Source of the DNA: Raillietiella orientalis
Lineage: Eukaryota
DNA length: 64,000 nt
Assembly (NCBI GenBank): GCA_036172245.1
Contig: JAYWIR010000075.1
Location: 310,001-374,000, forward strand
Direction of reading: 5' to 3'
Positions 11,601 to 26,100 of this stretch are shown piece after piece. The translations under genes were made by a program, and so were the position numbers. Within the stretch, counting starts at the first letter, position 1, and each line of letters starts with the position of its first letter. The notes under the pieces were generated by a model. The model had not been told where the DNA came from and ran no database searches. It saw only the letters and a list, made by a program, of their open reading frames with translations.

Positions 11601-14600
11601 AACATCAGACACTTCCTCAAGAAGCAAAATGCATCACCTCAAATGAGAACTTGGAAAAAAAATCAACAATCCAGATGAATACTATAGTTAATGTTTTATT
11701 TTTTTAAATAGAAAAGGATTACCCTGATGCCCAGTGTGTGGTGTGGCCTCAAAGAAAATGCGCCTTGCTTCGTTTTACAATGTTATAATCAGTCTCATTT
11801 ATAGTCAATGCTTTATCCTTGATCTTTAAAATGTTAATGAACAGTCCATTCGATCCTGCAATCCCTCTACATCAAAGAATCCAGAAGTACTTGTTTGTAA
11901 CTTTCACTTAGCAGTGGTTCTTTCTTGGTTTTGTTACCAAAGGAATATTAATTCTATACTTTTCTTTTACTGAGCAAAAGTGTGAAACAACAACAAAAAA
12001 AAAGACAGAAAGACAAATGCACTGATTGTAGTCAAACAAAGTTAGCATGGAAGCACACGATGTTACTCTTGAAAAAGTAATTCAAAGGGATTACAAAATT
12101 TTAGGAAACACGCCAAAAATGAAAGTTCTATTACAAAGGGAGCAAGTTTCACAGATTCAAGTTGGCCTTTTGACCACAACTGGATTTAAAGCAATCAAAC
12201 ACAATAATGGCAAAAAACAAAAAAGGGGGTATTATCACTGCAGCTAGAATAGAATAGACAGCAAAACCAATGGCATATGAACGTAATATTCATGACTTCA
12301 ATTCGTCAAAGGGGTGGTTGGGAGCTTTCAGGTCCATAATGTATGGATTAAGTATGTATTCAACAAAAGTGGGTCAATTGCAGCAAACTCACTGGGAAAA
12401 GTGTAAAGAAAAGTAAAGTCTCAAAACTCACTGGCATAAAGAAAGTGGTTTGTTGCTGTGGTCTGCCATTATCAATACTTTATCATGCCACGAAATAAAC
12501 ATATTTGTTGGAAATTTGATGTTCTCCCGAATTGTAGAGACAATTGTACTAAACAATTCAGTACAATACAACCTTGCATGTTCTACAAGAGTTAGATGGA
12601 GAGGAAATAAATCTTATAACAGTAAATAATCTACAAAAGAGGATTCAACAAAAGTTATGTGTATTGAAAATTTAACTTAAACCCTTTGTTCATTACACAT
12701 CTACCTTGAAACAAACTAATGAAAATCAGTTACAAGCAAATATACAATTAATGATTGCAAACCAAAGATCACAACGGGAGTGAATTAAATTTAGAGTTCG
12801 AGTACTTGAGATCACTAGATAATGATTGTGAATTATCCAATGCTTAATGCAAATAAAGAAACCAGAACTTCATTTCCATGAAAAATCACTAATAAATTTT
12901 AATTTTCCTTCTGTGAACACAAATCAAAATGAAATTTAGAGATACTTCTAGATCAACCTTCAAAATGTGTAATGCCTATTAAAAAAATACATATTATAAA
13001 TATATAAGTTTACTACAATTCTGATAATTATAAATATTCTCACGTCAATTCTGGCATTATACAACTCGGTGCTGAACAAGTTATCAACTAATAAATGATC
13101 CTTTGCCTGCAATAAGCACCAGTCAATTTCATATCAAGATTGCAGTTTTATGAGCTTTCACACAAAATCGCTTTCATATAAGTTAAATGGTTGAAAAGGC
13201 ACATTAACATTATTGTTTTTTTTAATTACAATTACCAGGATCCACAACAAAATCAAAATTCAAAATTCAACTGTTCAAAATTCCACCTCATAAAATCCGA
13301 AGAATCTCCCCAACTGAAGTTCTCCTACTAAAGTAAGTTTAGAAAATTTGAAAAACTTGACTTTAATAGAGAACAGAAGATTGCTGATACCTGTATAAAA
13401 CAATCAAGCAAAACATGGCTGTTTTAAACCTAAGCTTTAGAACTGTTCATACAGTTTTGATAGAAAATAGCTTTTATATACAGATGTAATGCTTAATTTC
13501 CTTTTTAATATGAATTTAAAACATTTATAAGTGAAAAGTACATGTAGTTCCGTTGGTCAGCAGAATTTCTGAAAATTATAAAGCACCCTTGTGGATACTA
13601 AAGTAAAAAGTCATTTAAACCTAAAAACTGCTTTTCCATCTCCATTAACAACTTTTCATATGGACTTTCTGCAGTTGGAATCTACATCAACTATCTTTAC
13701 TCCTAACTTTTTCTCATATGCACTCAATGTCTCATATATGAATGAAATTTTTTATTTCATACACCTTCACATTAATTTGTACTAACATAGAGCTAAAACA
13801 AATACTGAAGAAACAAACAATACAAAACAAACAACACATAAGAAACAAAAAAAAAATTCCGATTCCTGAATTAGCAAGTAGAATTTTTTTTTTGTTGGTT
13901 TAATATCCTAACCATATCCAAGAATGGGCTTTCTTTTAAATCTCGAAGAGTTTACTATTCACTATTCTTCCTATAAAAATTGATATGAAAATGCATCTTT
14001 TTTTGCACTTTCTGTACTGATTGCCACATAAATGCGTGACAATTACCAGATTTTGGGTCTCACTATTATCTGTGCTTTTGAAGTAAAAATAAGAACCAAT
14101 TATACTTGGAGGATAAGCAATCGTTTAACAAAATACACATTAATGTGAATAATATTGCAAATATCAAATCAGGATATCAAAGATCAAATCACATCATATT
14201 AATATAAATAATATCATTAACAACTTTTCTAATTATAAATAATGATTATCTGGACATAAGATGCACAATGTTAACTTACAATATCTCTTGAGATTTCTGT
14301 GATTCTGTACAGTTCAACAACTGCTCAGACAGAACAGCAATTTCATTTTTCATCAGATCTGTTTTGTCTTTCAATGCATTTTCTTGTTCTTGGGCAAGAA
14401 TCATCACCTTTCTTGTTTGTTCAAGATCCTACAAAAAATGTTGACAAAGTCACATACTGGAATTTTCCACTCCAATTATTATCATCCAAGAAAAAACGAT
14501 TTATATTTGTGTTATTCCACTGTAAGGTGAATTTTCCTAAATCTGAGGAGAATTTTATTTTACCACTGTCATAGCATACATTACATGCACAGTGTAGAAA

Positions 14601-15849
14601 GATGCAAGCATTAGCACTAAACTACTTTGCAAATACTGCCACCAATACTACACCATGAATAATTCATGTCATTGTGTTTGCGTAAAATAATCTGTTGTAG
14701 AGCGAAGAAAAGATGTACAGAAATCTGTAGTAATTGTTCTGCAATGCATAATACCAAAGAGATGGAAAAAAGTACAAGTTTGCAGTTTCTTTCAAAATAT
14801 ACGCAAAATCATCTGATATATTTACTTGAGATGCTTTAAAACTTAGCTGAAAACTCTTCGAAACTTCCACCAGCATGAGACTGATTATAGTGAATATGTG
14901 TGATATTGTAAAAAAAAATCAGCTGCAATTATACAGAGTGCTTATGGTGAATGAATTATTTACAAATAAGTGGTATTCATGAGAACTAACAAAATTTTAC
15001 ATCCACGATATTTGCTATAATTCTATAAGTTAGTCTTCACTGCTTGCTGTTCACTGGAAAGTCCTTGATTTAAACTACCAAAACAGCAATTTAAATATTG
15101 GGTTACAAAGAAAGTCACATTGACACAACTGTCTACTTTATTGAAGATTACAACAACAATTCAGAATTTCTCCTCAGTATTAAATAATATGTTTTCAAAA
15201 TGAATCTTTCTAATAGAATTTACAAACTAATTCTCACTACTCTTTAAGCAAACAGGTAATTCTTATTGAATCTAAGTTACTTAAGGTTAGCTTTCCAGAG
15301 ACTAATGTCACTTGTACTCAACTTATTTTCTGGAGACATTATTTTGAATTTCAAGGAAGGAAATTAAATAAGAAAATCGTTAACATACAACCAGTTATAA
15401 AACAAATCTGATAATTATACTCACCTTCCTCAAATTTTCCATGTTACTTTTATCCATTTGTGACAAATGAAAATAATGCAATAGCTGATCGGAGTTTTTC
15501 TGCACTTCTTTATCTAATTCTTTACATTTTTTCTTATAATTCAAAACTTCCAACTGAGTGTTTTTGTATAGCATCCAAAATCGTTCAAGATCATTTTTTA
15601 ACTCTAGAAAATCTGATCTGCCAGATAAGTCTTGCAAAATCTAGAAACCTTTAAAACAAGATTTGTATATCTGAATAATACCTTCTTATGCAATCCTTCC
15701 ATTTCATCATGAAAAATAATCTGATAGTGATCTTCTGTTTCTTTGTAATCATTGCTAGCCTCAAGATAACCGGAAGGTAAAACTTCTGTTGGTTCTTCTT
15801 CATCCTGAATATCTCTGGCTTTCTTTGTGATATCCTCGTTTTCTGTATC
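8700..15849 (-). CDS. CFAP58: Cilia- and flagella-associated protein 58 (CCDC147), multi-exon coiled-coil protein; start codon not resolved
   Basis: Signature DLRQEI...RSRVLEDEMSTPMNVHRWRKLE|GTDPGLYELLQKVRTLQ; N-terminal ILQDLSG...KKCKEL...LSQMDK; terminal exon 8825-8700 ends FLGGGFRVQ* (conserved F.GGGF). Other exons include 15849-15682, 15640-15425, 14428-14280, 11494-11320 and a run of short-intron exons from ~11270 to ~8875. Confidence 0.88.
11990..12800 (+). mobile_element. pogo/Tigger (CENP-B-like) DNA transposase remnant inside a CFAP58 intron
   Basis: ~12225-12335 reads GIITAARIE*TAKPMAYERNIHDFNSSKGWLGAFR, matching the CENP-B HTH F.AS.GWL..F motif. SQTKLA upstream resembles a psq-type HTH. 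Contains stops; TIRs not identified. Confidence 0.6.
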
Positions 15850-18725
15850 CTAACGTAAAAGACACATAATAGCTCAAATATCTCAACACCTGAGGAATAC
15901 ATTGTCTAAAAGATATTTTTTGATCTGAATGGATACTTTTTCCAATTGAAATACATTTTAATAAGGGAACAGGGGCCAAAACGAGCACACTAATATGTTT
16001 GATTCACAACAGTTAACTCATTTACAGTTTACTCGAAAAAAAAAATCATTAAGAATCATTTGCGCACCATTTTATGCTGTTAACTTTGCTTTAGGTTTTC
16101 TACAAATGCATACATGAAAACTTATGCATAATCGTGCATTTTTGCAAACTCGAGCAATTTTTGAAAACATTAAACGCAAATTCTTACAGATTTGTTTCCT
16201 AGACAAATCTATGTTTTCCAACAATACTGCAAACAACAATGATACAACATAAATTTCTTCTCTCATTCCTCCTTGGCGCGCCGATACGATTGCAATGTGC
16301 AAAACCAGAGTCAAAGTTCTCAGCAGTGCTGTGATTAGGAATGTTCACTTTTATTTCTAGGGGCAAAATTAGGACACTGAAAAGTTTGGCCTACGGTCTC
16401 GAATGCAAGCAGTTGCACTCCTCCTCACGTATAATCTATCCAATCCTTGTAATTCGATTACGCGTTTGCGAAACCAAAACATACAACCGCAGGCAAACAG
16501 CTGAATGATCAGAATAGCGAGCTCTCACATAAAAGAGACGCATTTTCATGCCCATTAATATGGTAACATAATTATTCAGAAAGTACCTGAAGAAGATTAG
16601 CTTTAGCACCTCATTACCATTATGTTCTACATCTAGAAAAACATCTGATTTCTCTCAGATTATAGACAACGACTAAACAAATTGCAAGCATGGGACAGAC
16701 TGTCTCATGCCTGGAAGTTCAGATCCATGGAAGTGCATTCATAATGCATAAAACTTGAAAAGAAAACAGCCTGACAGCAAAAGAAACTAAGTAAACTTTC
16801 ACAAGTTTAGTACATTTAGAAAGTAACTTGGCATGTTAGTTTGAATTGGTTAAAAAGCTATGGGATTGAGAATGAGCTGGAGTAAGATCGCTAAGACTGG
16901 AGGTAGGTTAGGCATTACTGTATGCATTGCATATGATAAAAAACAAATGGGCTTCCGCTACCTCTATTTCCTCTCTGTCCTTCGCTTCCTAAACAATAAT
17001 GTGCGTACATGCAGTGATATTCTATACATTTTCGAAATGACTTGGGTCAAAATGGAATCTCACTCTTGGTAATAGTTGACTGAAAACACAAGGGAAGATG
17101 AAGACCAAGGGAAGATAAAAGAAGTCTTATCTATATGAATATGATATCGCAGTATGGGATTTCTCAAATTTTCCGTATCATAAACTTGGCCTTCATAAAT
17201 CATATTTTGCTATTCTATATTGCAAAACACGATTTGGTTATTTTTTTTACAATTATAAAAGTAAACATCATCCATATGTATCTTTAGAAATATGTTTTTG
17301 TTGGTTCTAGAAACTCAAGAGAACATTCATTTTCATTACAGAAAAAATGATTACATCTGTTTATTACGTATCTAATAGTCACTATCAGTTATTCGCAAAT
17401 CGGTGCAGCAGAAGTATTGAAAGGTAATTGATTTTGAGAGAATGTGAACTGCAGACAAGTTTAATCAAAATTCCCCTTCAATATCTAAATATTTCTGAAT
17501 CAGATTTATTTCGCAACAAACTCTTCCTCATTTTTCTATAGAATCAATTTTCGAGTAGGAAGAATGGAACAATCCTTTGTCATAAACGAAAATTGATTCT
17601 AAGAAAACATGAATTGCAGGTCAGTCTCAAATATTATAAAGATTACAGTCTCTTATTTAATGAATGTGATTTTAAAAAATGAGTCATTTCCGTACACTTT
17701 ATAGAGCTGTTTTCTTGTTCGATTGTTTGTTTTGATTAGTATAATTTGCTTCCAAGTTGTTTTACCATACACTGTGCTTTAATAAATTAATGTACAGTTT
17801 ACATGAAGAGAAATTTGAGACTACTAATGTATAGATTTTTGTTCGCCTAAAAAAGGCTCAAGATAATCTTAGTCATGAATGGAAAGTTTGGAAAAGAATG
17901 TAGACTCCTGCGTAGCAATTATAAAGTGGTTCCTATGTAGAGCCTTCTCAAAATTTTATGAGCTGAAATTTTCAGAATAGGCGAATTTCTCAGATACCTC
18001 ATCTTTGCACAATGAGGAACACGGTCTTTATCAAGCACCAATCTCGCAAATGCAGAGCTGTATATAATGTATCTCTCAAATGCAGAGCTGATAATGCTAT
18101 TCTGTGCAATTAGAAAGTGACAGACTAGAGTTATTTAAGAAATGTAGCCAGCATGAATTCATATGCTTTAAATTATTAGTAATTATTGCTGTTAAAAATG
18201 TTATTTGTTCACTTTATCCCCATCACTTTGTTTACTATTCTAATTTTAATTTCTGCTCTATGAAATTCTGTCTTGCATTTAGTTTAGTGACTATTTGCAT
18301 AGAAAACTGTTTGTGTAACCAAATTATGCTCCTTAATCAGAAAACAAAACACAATACCAGAAAATCTTTATTTGATTCTTAATTCAGATTAATATTCTTA
18401 TAAGTAGTACGTATGTCTTGTTTGGTATCCATTATACTGGTAATTGACAAGTATATTGGGTTTTTGGTATTTGTTATACAAGCAGTTGTAAAAAAGTCCG
18501 ATAGCAGAATGCTGGATGAGCTGCTGTTTCAGAGCTACTTGGCCCTTGAGCAGCTCTACCAGCCAGTGTGACCCAGTTCTCGTCTGCTCATTGATTTGGC
18601 TGAGTAAAAAGCAGAAAACCAGTACAAGCTTGGCAGGATGTATGACTAAATTCTCAAGGAAAGTGTGCTAAAGTATATTTTCAAGAACTTGAAATAGAAA
18701 ATCAAAAACACAAGCTGGTGAGGTT

Positions 18726-18810
18726 AAGGTCATTCCTTGAAAATGAAAATTTGAATAGAAAATGGAAAAACCATTTCCACCCTCAATATTTCTTTTCAAG
18801 AAATGACCTT
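18726..18810. repeat. Short imperfect palindrome / MITE-like hairpin
   Basis: AAGGTCATTCCTTGAAAA ... TTTTCAAGAAATGACCTT form inverted termini. Confidence 0.7.
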
Positions 18811-19699
18811 TGAATGAACAGAAAATAAAATTCACGATTTTGTATCCACCTGTTTTTTGTGTTTATCGAAAATTTCGTTTAATTATTTTTTAGAGGCAAT
18901 AATCAAAAGAGAGTCCCTCTGGAAGTGTTTGTTTTTGGTTTTATTTACATTCTATTCAACCTTGCAGAACTCCACACCTTTGTAATAAATGCTATATAGA
19001 CAAACTCTATTACCAACGTCGAGTATTAAAAATTTCCAAGAATTAAACATCTGGTATTAAACAAACATGGAACCATAACCATATTCACTAGCCTTCAAGC
19101 TTTCAAATCAAACCACTCCTTAAAGGCAAATGATCCTAACCACTTATGCTTTAACTCTCTAAGCAAATATTAACCAGACAACACGTACTCATGTATCACC
19201 ATGCGCAAAATAAACCTAATCATTTTTATCTGTCAACGTTCATCAATGTTCCACCAACAGTCACCGTCGTACCACTCACTGCAAAATAAGCCATAGTCAC
19301 CTCATAGTCAACATAGTGAACACACAACAATCCATCGATCACACGGCCGACCATTTCAACCCTCAATATTGACACCTCAACATCACCATATCTATACTTC
19401 GCAAAAGTGGTCCATATCCTCCAATTTACCCAGCAGGAGCTACAGAACCACACGAAATAGATTCCATACGAATCTTACAAGGCAATAAAAGAACGCCGTA
19501 AGCCGTAAATTTCGACGAAAAGGCGCCACCAAAAATGTATTATTCTCAATTCCATACCTACTTCCATTCCCAATGACAACGATCAATATCATTCACAAAA
19601 TGAATTATAACCGCCAAAAATGGCGCCCCTACATACCAAATCAATGAACATGCTTGCTTGCTTTACAACTTCACTCTGATTTCCCCATAATACCACAAT

Positions 19700-22400
19700 T
19701 ATAACCACTGCATTCATCTTAGCTTCAAAATCACATAGAATTCCAAAAAAAAAAAAAACCTTCATAATCTTATATACAACTATGAGGCTTTGCATCGTAC
19801 ATATTTTTCCATCACTTCACATCTCGAATATATTCTGCAACGTAATAAAACACCAAACACCGACTATTAATAACAACTAATATCTGACTCTATCAGTAAC
19901 ACTCCATATCGCAGACTACAAACCGGTTTTCGTTTCCACGATCAGTTATTCGTAAGAGCATTAGCCCTCCACACATCAACTCAAAACTCAGAAACTACTA
20001 ACATGGTCAATATAAAAGCAACATAAATTCCGACACTCAATAATGTTCACAGACAGATAATAACCATTACTACAGTCGCCAATGAGACAATAAGACAACC
20101 TCATCGTTCTTACAAATACTAGGCATTATCAACATCATTTCTTATTCATCTCTCTTTACCTTATCCTTCAGTAAAAAAAAAAAAAAGGATAATAAAATGA
20201 ACCTTCCCATAATCATTAACTATGACAGTAGCAATCCCCTCAAAGTATAATTCTTCTTAATCAAAGAAAACCATAAAATCCCAAATAAAACACAAGTACC
20301 CCACTAAAAAAGTGACTGTTATTCCAGCTTGCATGGAACACATGATTTAACAATCGTTACATCAAGTCTCCAATTCTGCTCCTACACCGACGTGTAATAA
20401 TCACACTTCTACCCTCATTCAGCTCCTTCCTCATAGATATTCTCAACAGTTCCCTATCATTATCCTCTTGGTGTCAACCATCGTCTGCCTCGTTTGTGTT
20501 ACAAAAATTCCCATCACCTTCCCAAACATAGCATCGTTAGACTTAAAGGATTCAACTGCCTTCGACCCAAAACCACCAATCACAACCTCATCGATCATCC
20601 TTCATCATTCTACCTATGCTAATCTTCCATCATCTTCCACCTCAAAAATTCTATTCGCATCATTCAAACAGCAGCATAACCTGATATTTCACGTCATACT
20701 TCACATTAGCATCCATGATTATCCCTCACATAATTCTCCAGCTCAAAGGCATCTCGATTCTTTCAAATAATGACAAAACCCACCAAGTTTATTGCTCAGA
20801 GAATTGACATACCGGCACCTTCAAACGTATACTTTCGAAATTTGGGATTCTTGATAGAAATTTCCTAAATCATGTAAGTGGGATTAAGAATTCTTATCTT
20901 TCTACATTACACTTTCCACGGTAAAGAAGCCTTTCGGTCCATCGTTCAGATTAATGCACAACGAGAACGACTGCGTGTGACCTAGGAGTAACCTAGGTTA
21001 CACTCACTTGAAGACCATCCCTTTGTTCATCCCAACTCATCTTCATAGGCTCCACACACTTTATTGTGTAGGCAAAAATATCTCAACCTGAACGACCTGA
21101 TCCGTCATTAGATCAGGTATTCTACCCCTTACTTTCCTGGTGATAGCATTTTCTAGAATATTTTTTGCCCTGAAAGTGAACATCATTCGGAGCTCTCACA
21201 GTCATACTAACTTATTTTGAAGAACTTCCTTTAAGAAAATTTCTTTGTTTCGAACCCGATATTCAACCAATTCTGCTCTCTCTATTTCATTCTACCAATA
21301 CGTAGAGTTCTCATTAGCGTATTACGTGTCCATTCTATTCACTTAAATGGCTCTATCAACTCCCTGGACAAGAAACCTAGAGATAATTTTATTCCGTCTA
21401 CCCTTCATTATCCATCATCTATCATGTCTATTACCATTCCCTTTAATTCGTTTCCTTACATCTACCTTCTTTCCCTATACATTATATCATAAGAAAACTT
21501 TCTCTTTTTAAATGCACTCATTAATCTCACTCACAATCAACCATAATGTTTGTGATATTTCCTATTCGTTCACATCACCTAATGTCCATCCTTAAAAAAC
21601 TGAGTCATCACCCTCCTTATATGGCTCATAATCTTATCCATCACTTTCTCTCCCATGCTCAGGGTATTACCCACTACTTACTAAACTACTACCCACTACT
21701 ACTTATTAATCTTTTTCCACTTTCATATGAATAGGCACCCAAACCATTACTCTCATCCTATACTTCAGAAAGATACGGTACTATGCTCCGTGCTCTTGGT
21801 ATTCCGCAAACTCAACTCTTACACGAAAGCTTCAGTGGCTTCTATTAGACTGATTTTGTGAATCGAAAATTAATAAAAGAAACCACTCGGTGACTAATGC
21901 ATGCGCATTTTTTATGCAACACACTGTAATCAAGAAAAAATTCTTTAATATTTAAGATTCTCAGAAACGAATTCTTGATCATCAACAAACCCATTTCTTA
22001 ACCATAACCTTTTCCTTAACCATAACCACAACCATCTGCATGCTCCCTTATGAATTAAGCTCATGATACAATGTATGCACATGTATACATATAACCTAAG
22101 AAGCAACACATCTACAATCCCCTAACATCCACTCATGACGGGCCTATCCCATGCCACCACAAACTTGCATTTACAACAAAGTTGGAACCCTCTGAACTCA
22201 CTTTCATAAACAACCACCTCATAATTAACTTTCAATAAACAATGAACTTGTATGCCGATATAAGGAAGCAAATATAGAGCATCCATGCTCTACATTATTG
22301 ATACAAACAACTCAGGCTCATCCTCTAAAAGTCATCACTTTTGCTACACCATTCACTTCTGTTACACACAGCACGTTTCTATTCTCCCACTCTACAAACC
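19700..22400 (+). mobile_element. Decayed, G-poor Penelope-like element
   Basis: Ordered degenerate traces: HLEYIL...TP (~19820), an RPIV-like stretch (~20935), CDIF (~21550, YVDDIF-like), LNYYP (~21680, NGYP-like), PYTSE...LRALGI (~21760-21800). Strong G depletion on the + strand. Confidence 0.45.
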
Positions 22401-23106
22401 ATTAGTCACTCCTTCACCTCTAGTATATGACCCTAAGCAAGACTTCCAACATTAAACACATACACATCTTCTAGGTATCACCTGCTACTGAATGCACTGT
22501 AGTAATGTATCTATACTTCCTATTCCCATCACCAACCATTTGGTCAATACTAAATACATCCTACTACTTAAATAACATGAACCTATCAACTATCCCTAAT
22601 ATCTCAGATACATCACACCCATCTCTCCTCTTGCCATCAACATAGTCACACAATGCAGCTTATACCCTTATTTATATTTTTCTCAAATCACTCCCTACCA
22701 AACAGTTTGAAACTATTTCCATTCCAGTTTTTGGTTGCTGAGCAACAGTTACCATACTTGATTCTCATCGTTTTACAATTTGGTTTCCTAAGGGTTATAC
22801 CAGACTAGAAAACAAGCACTTTGAATTAATAAAAAAAAAAACTTCCACATAAATTTTGCTAAGTGAATAGGAGGCTTATTTGGATGCTTGGAGGTGCATA
22901 TTTCAAGCTGTGATTGAGTTGGCTTCACGTTTGTGATAGATCACGTTAATCTGGTGGATATGCCAGTCATGTTTAATTTAAGAGTATACATACAACATGA
23001 AAATAATTGAATACAAATGGACGTGCACCATACACAGAGTTTTATTTCTTATGTTCCATCCCTAATTAACCATGTTTAGTTCTTTTATGGTATTTATTTC
23101 TTATTA

Positions 23107-26100
23107 TTATTTCTTTTTATGCCTTTTTTTGGGCTGTAGTCTGGGGCCTGGTTGTAAAGAATCTGTTTGTGGACTTTTCGTTATATTCTTTGTAACCATT
23201 TTACTTATATCGTAAAGATCTGCCTGACCTATTGCAGATCCCTGAGTACCTTTTCCTACATCCTTAGATCTTTTATCTTTTCGTTTTTTATATGTTGATC
23301 TTTGCCATTTAGGCAACCATCTTTCAGGGTCTGGATCTACAGAAGGATCATAATTTTTGGGTACTTTTTTTTTGTTTTTCTTTTTTTTTTTAATTTTGCT
23401 TTTCTCTTTAATCGCACCAGACCTTGGACTAGTCATAGTGTCTATCTTTCCTTTTCGTAACTGCTTCAATCCCTGCATCCAACTGCAGCCTTCCAGACTA
23501 TCTACATCAATATGGGAAGTACATTCAATAATTAATGGTAATCCGTGACTTAAGGCCTCTGCTTTCTGAGGGTCAAACTGGCACAAAGTAATAATGAGCT
23601 GCGCTAAAACTTTTGTATCAGATGGCATATGCTTCCTTAATTCCTGAAGACTCTGGGCAGCTAGTTGTGGATCACCACTGCTCAAATAATAATTAGCAGT
23701 GTAGCACCAAAATGATTTAAGATCCTCATCAGATGTGTGGTTTTCTAAATGCCAAGCCTGAGCTTTTTTAAGGAGATTATGCACAGCTTCTTTATTTTCT
23801 AACTGACTGTACAGACCAACTAGCATGGACAAAACAGCAGGCTTGAAGGTATATTTGCCCAAGTTTTCAAGAATGTTGCAAGCTTCTTGCAGCTTATTCT
23901 GGGATGACAAAAACATCTATGCAGTTTTCTTTTTGTGTGTGTACTCACCTCTTCCAGAAAAAACTGTACCAAAGCTAATTGCAATTCAAGAGATTCTTCT
24001 GAATTTAATTGCGAGCTATGTTTTTGAAGTAGAGAGTAGGCTTCCTCATGCTTATGCTCTTTAACTAACTGCAATGCCATTATAAGTGTAGCATCTTTAT
24101 GTGCTGCTGGGAAGTTCTGCCAAATTTGTTGACATTGTGTTTTACACTGATCTCCTTGACCAGATATATAAGATAAGAGACATTGATTGACAGCAATGGT
24201 TTGTCTCTGAATAGGCATCAACTTTTGATCAACAGTTTCTCCAGCAGCTTGCCTCATTCTTTTTTTGGAATCAAATAAACTTTGATCTCCATGCAACACT
24301 ACTACATTATTGTTTGCCACTGCTATCACAGCAACATCATCTGGAGATTGACGCAATATCTGATTGTAAATAGCCAATGATTCTTTCTCATGTCCTAACA
24401 GTTGTAAACAATAAGCTCTCTGAACCCTGAATATATCAAGTTATTACGTTCAATTTATTTATTTATACCTAATGGATGCTGTTTCATCCGCAATTTGATC
24501 TTCAGCCATATCTTCTTCAAGCATTGCACAACACATTGCCTCTGCTTCATCAAGTTCAATTAATGCTTGTTCCAGAAGACCTCTAGCTAAACTACAGCAG
24601 GCCTGATTGTAGCGAACTTCATAAATATTGCTATTCAATGTAAGATTACCTAATGAAGAGGGAGTCTGCAAAAAAACTGATTAAATTGCACAGTACTTTT
24701 TGTTATATGATTTTACATATTCCATGAAACCAAAGTTTAAAAATTACATTATTACTCCATTTATTATGTTAGTTTTTGCCACTATAATCGAAACAAGAAG
24801 AGGTAGATCAAACACAAGGAGAAAGAAACTTCAAATCAATTCATTGTTACAATTATCAACATTATTCTAGATTAGAGAAAAATGATTACTTTTGCATCCC
24901 ACAAAGAAGCTGCTAAAGCTGCAACTAAATTAGCTTCTCTTTCATCTCTCATATCATCATCACAATTACGAATAATATCTCGATAAGCATTGAAACACTC
25001 TTGATATCTGTTAAAATAAAATAACAGAATAAATAATGAATGCAGGAATATTACCTGCCAAGTCGAAACAAAATCTGACAATGTAGTTCTTTCATCCGTT
25101 TTTGCACAGAATTTGCTTCACTAACTGTGTTGAATGCAGCACCAGTATCAAATAATCTGTATTGGCTATATGCTTTTTCAAATGGCATAAGACTAACAAA
25201 ATTGAGAATTAATATCTCCAATTTGACAAGTGATCACACTATCAACTAAAACAATCACCCTGAACAACTCTCAGCATATGGTGGCTACTATTTAATTGGT
25301 GACTATGGTGGCTAATTATATTTTAAATCACAAGATCGATACTTCAAACATGCAACTCACTATCAATACCAAATAAAATCCTCTATAGTTATAACAAGAA
25401 CTTTATATGATGAAGTGTTTGTATCTACTTGTTGAAACAAGTATTTCTAGATTTTATTTTCAACCTGATACTAAAATGAAGTTTGCATGAATTTTAATTA
25501 ATCTCCATAACTTCGGATTTGGTTTCAAGTAATTTTTTTTGTAAACAAAGTTTATTCGATCTAAACTTATAAAAAGCTTAGGTTTTATTATGCCTTCAGG
25601 ATTTTTTTCTTCAAAATGCAATTATTCTCTATTGCCTTTATGACTGCATTTTTACCTTCCACCTATACTGACTGAAGGTTTTTAAAAATTACTAGAATCT
25701 TCACAGTTTATTTAAGAAAACTTCGCTGTGACTGCTGCAAAAACATTTGGGGATCTTTCATTCAGAACATTTGCAATCATGAACACATTAGAAAATGTTC
25801 AAAAAGTAAGCAGTGATGCAGTTTATTGCAATATATCCTGGTCTGCTGATATATCTTTTCAATGGAACTTTTATTTTTCCGAAAAGCCTACTCAAAAAGA
25901 AGCTGATTTCAACTAGTGATCGCCATTGCTTCTTTTTTCCTTCTTAATGCTTACATTTTGAAAATTTGAAACTCATTAATTTTACTTTAAACTTGATGCA
26001 AATTTTCCTTTCTTTTCTTTGGCTTCTCTTCTTTTTTTTTTTATTTTTTTTACAGTTTTTACACCAAATAACGATTCTTGTTGGTGTGGATGTTCACTAT

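Noticed and set aside
16550..16570. RFX X-box upstream of CFAP58
   Set aside because: Only a half site (ATGGTAAC), and the TSS is unknown.
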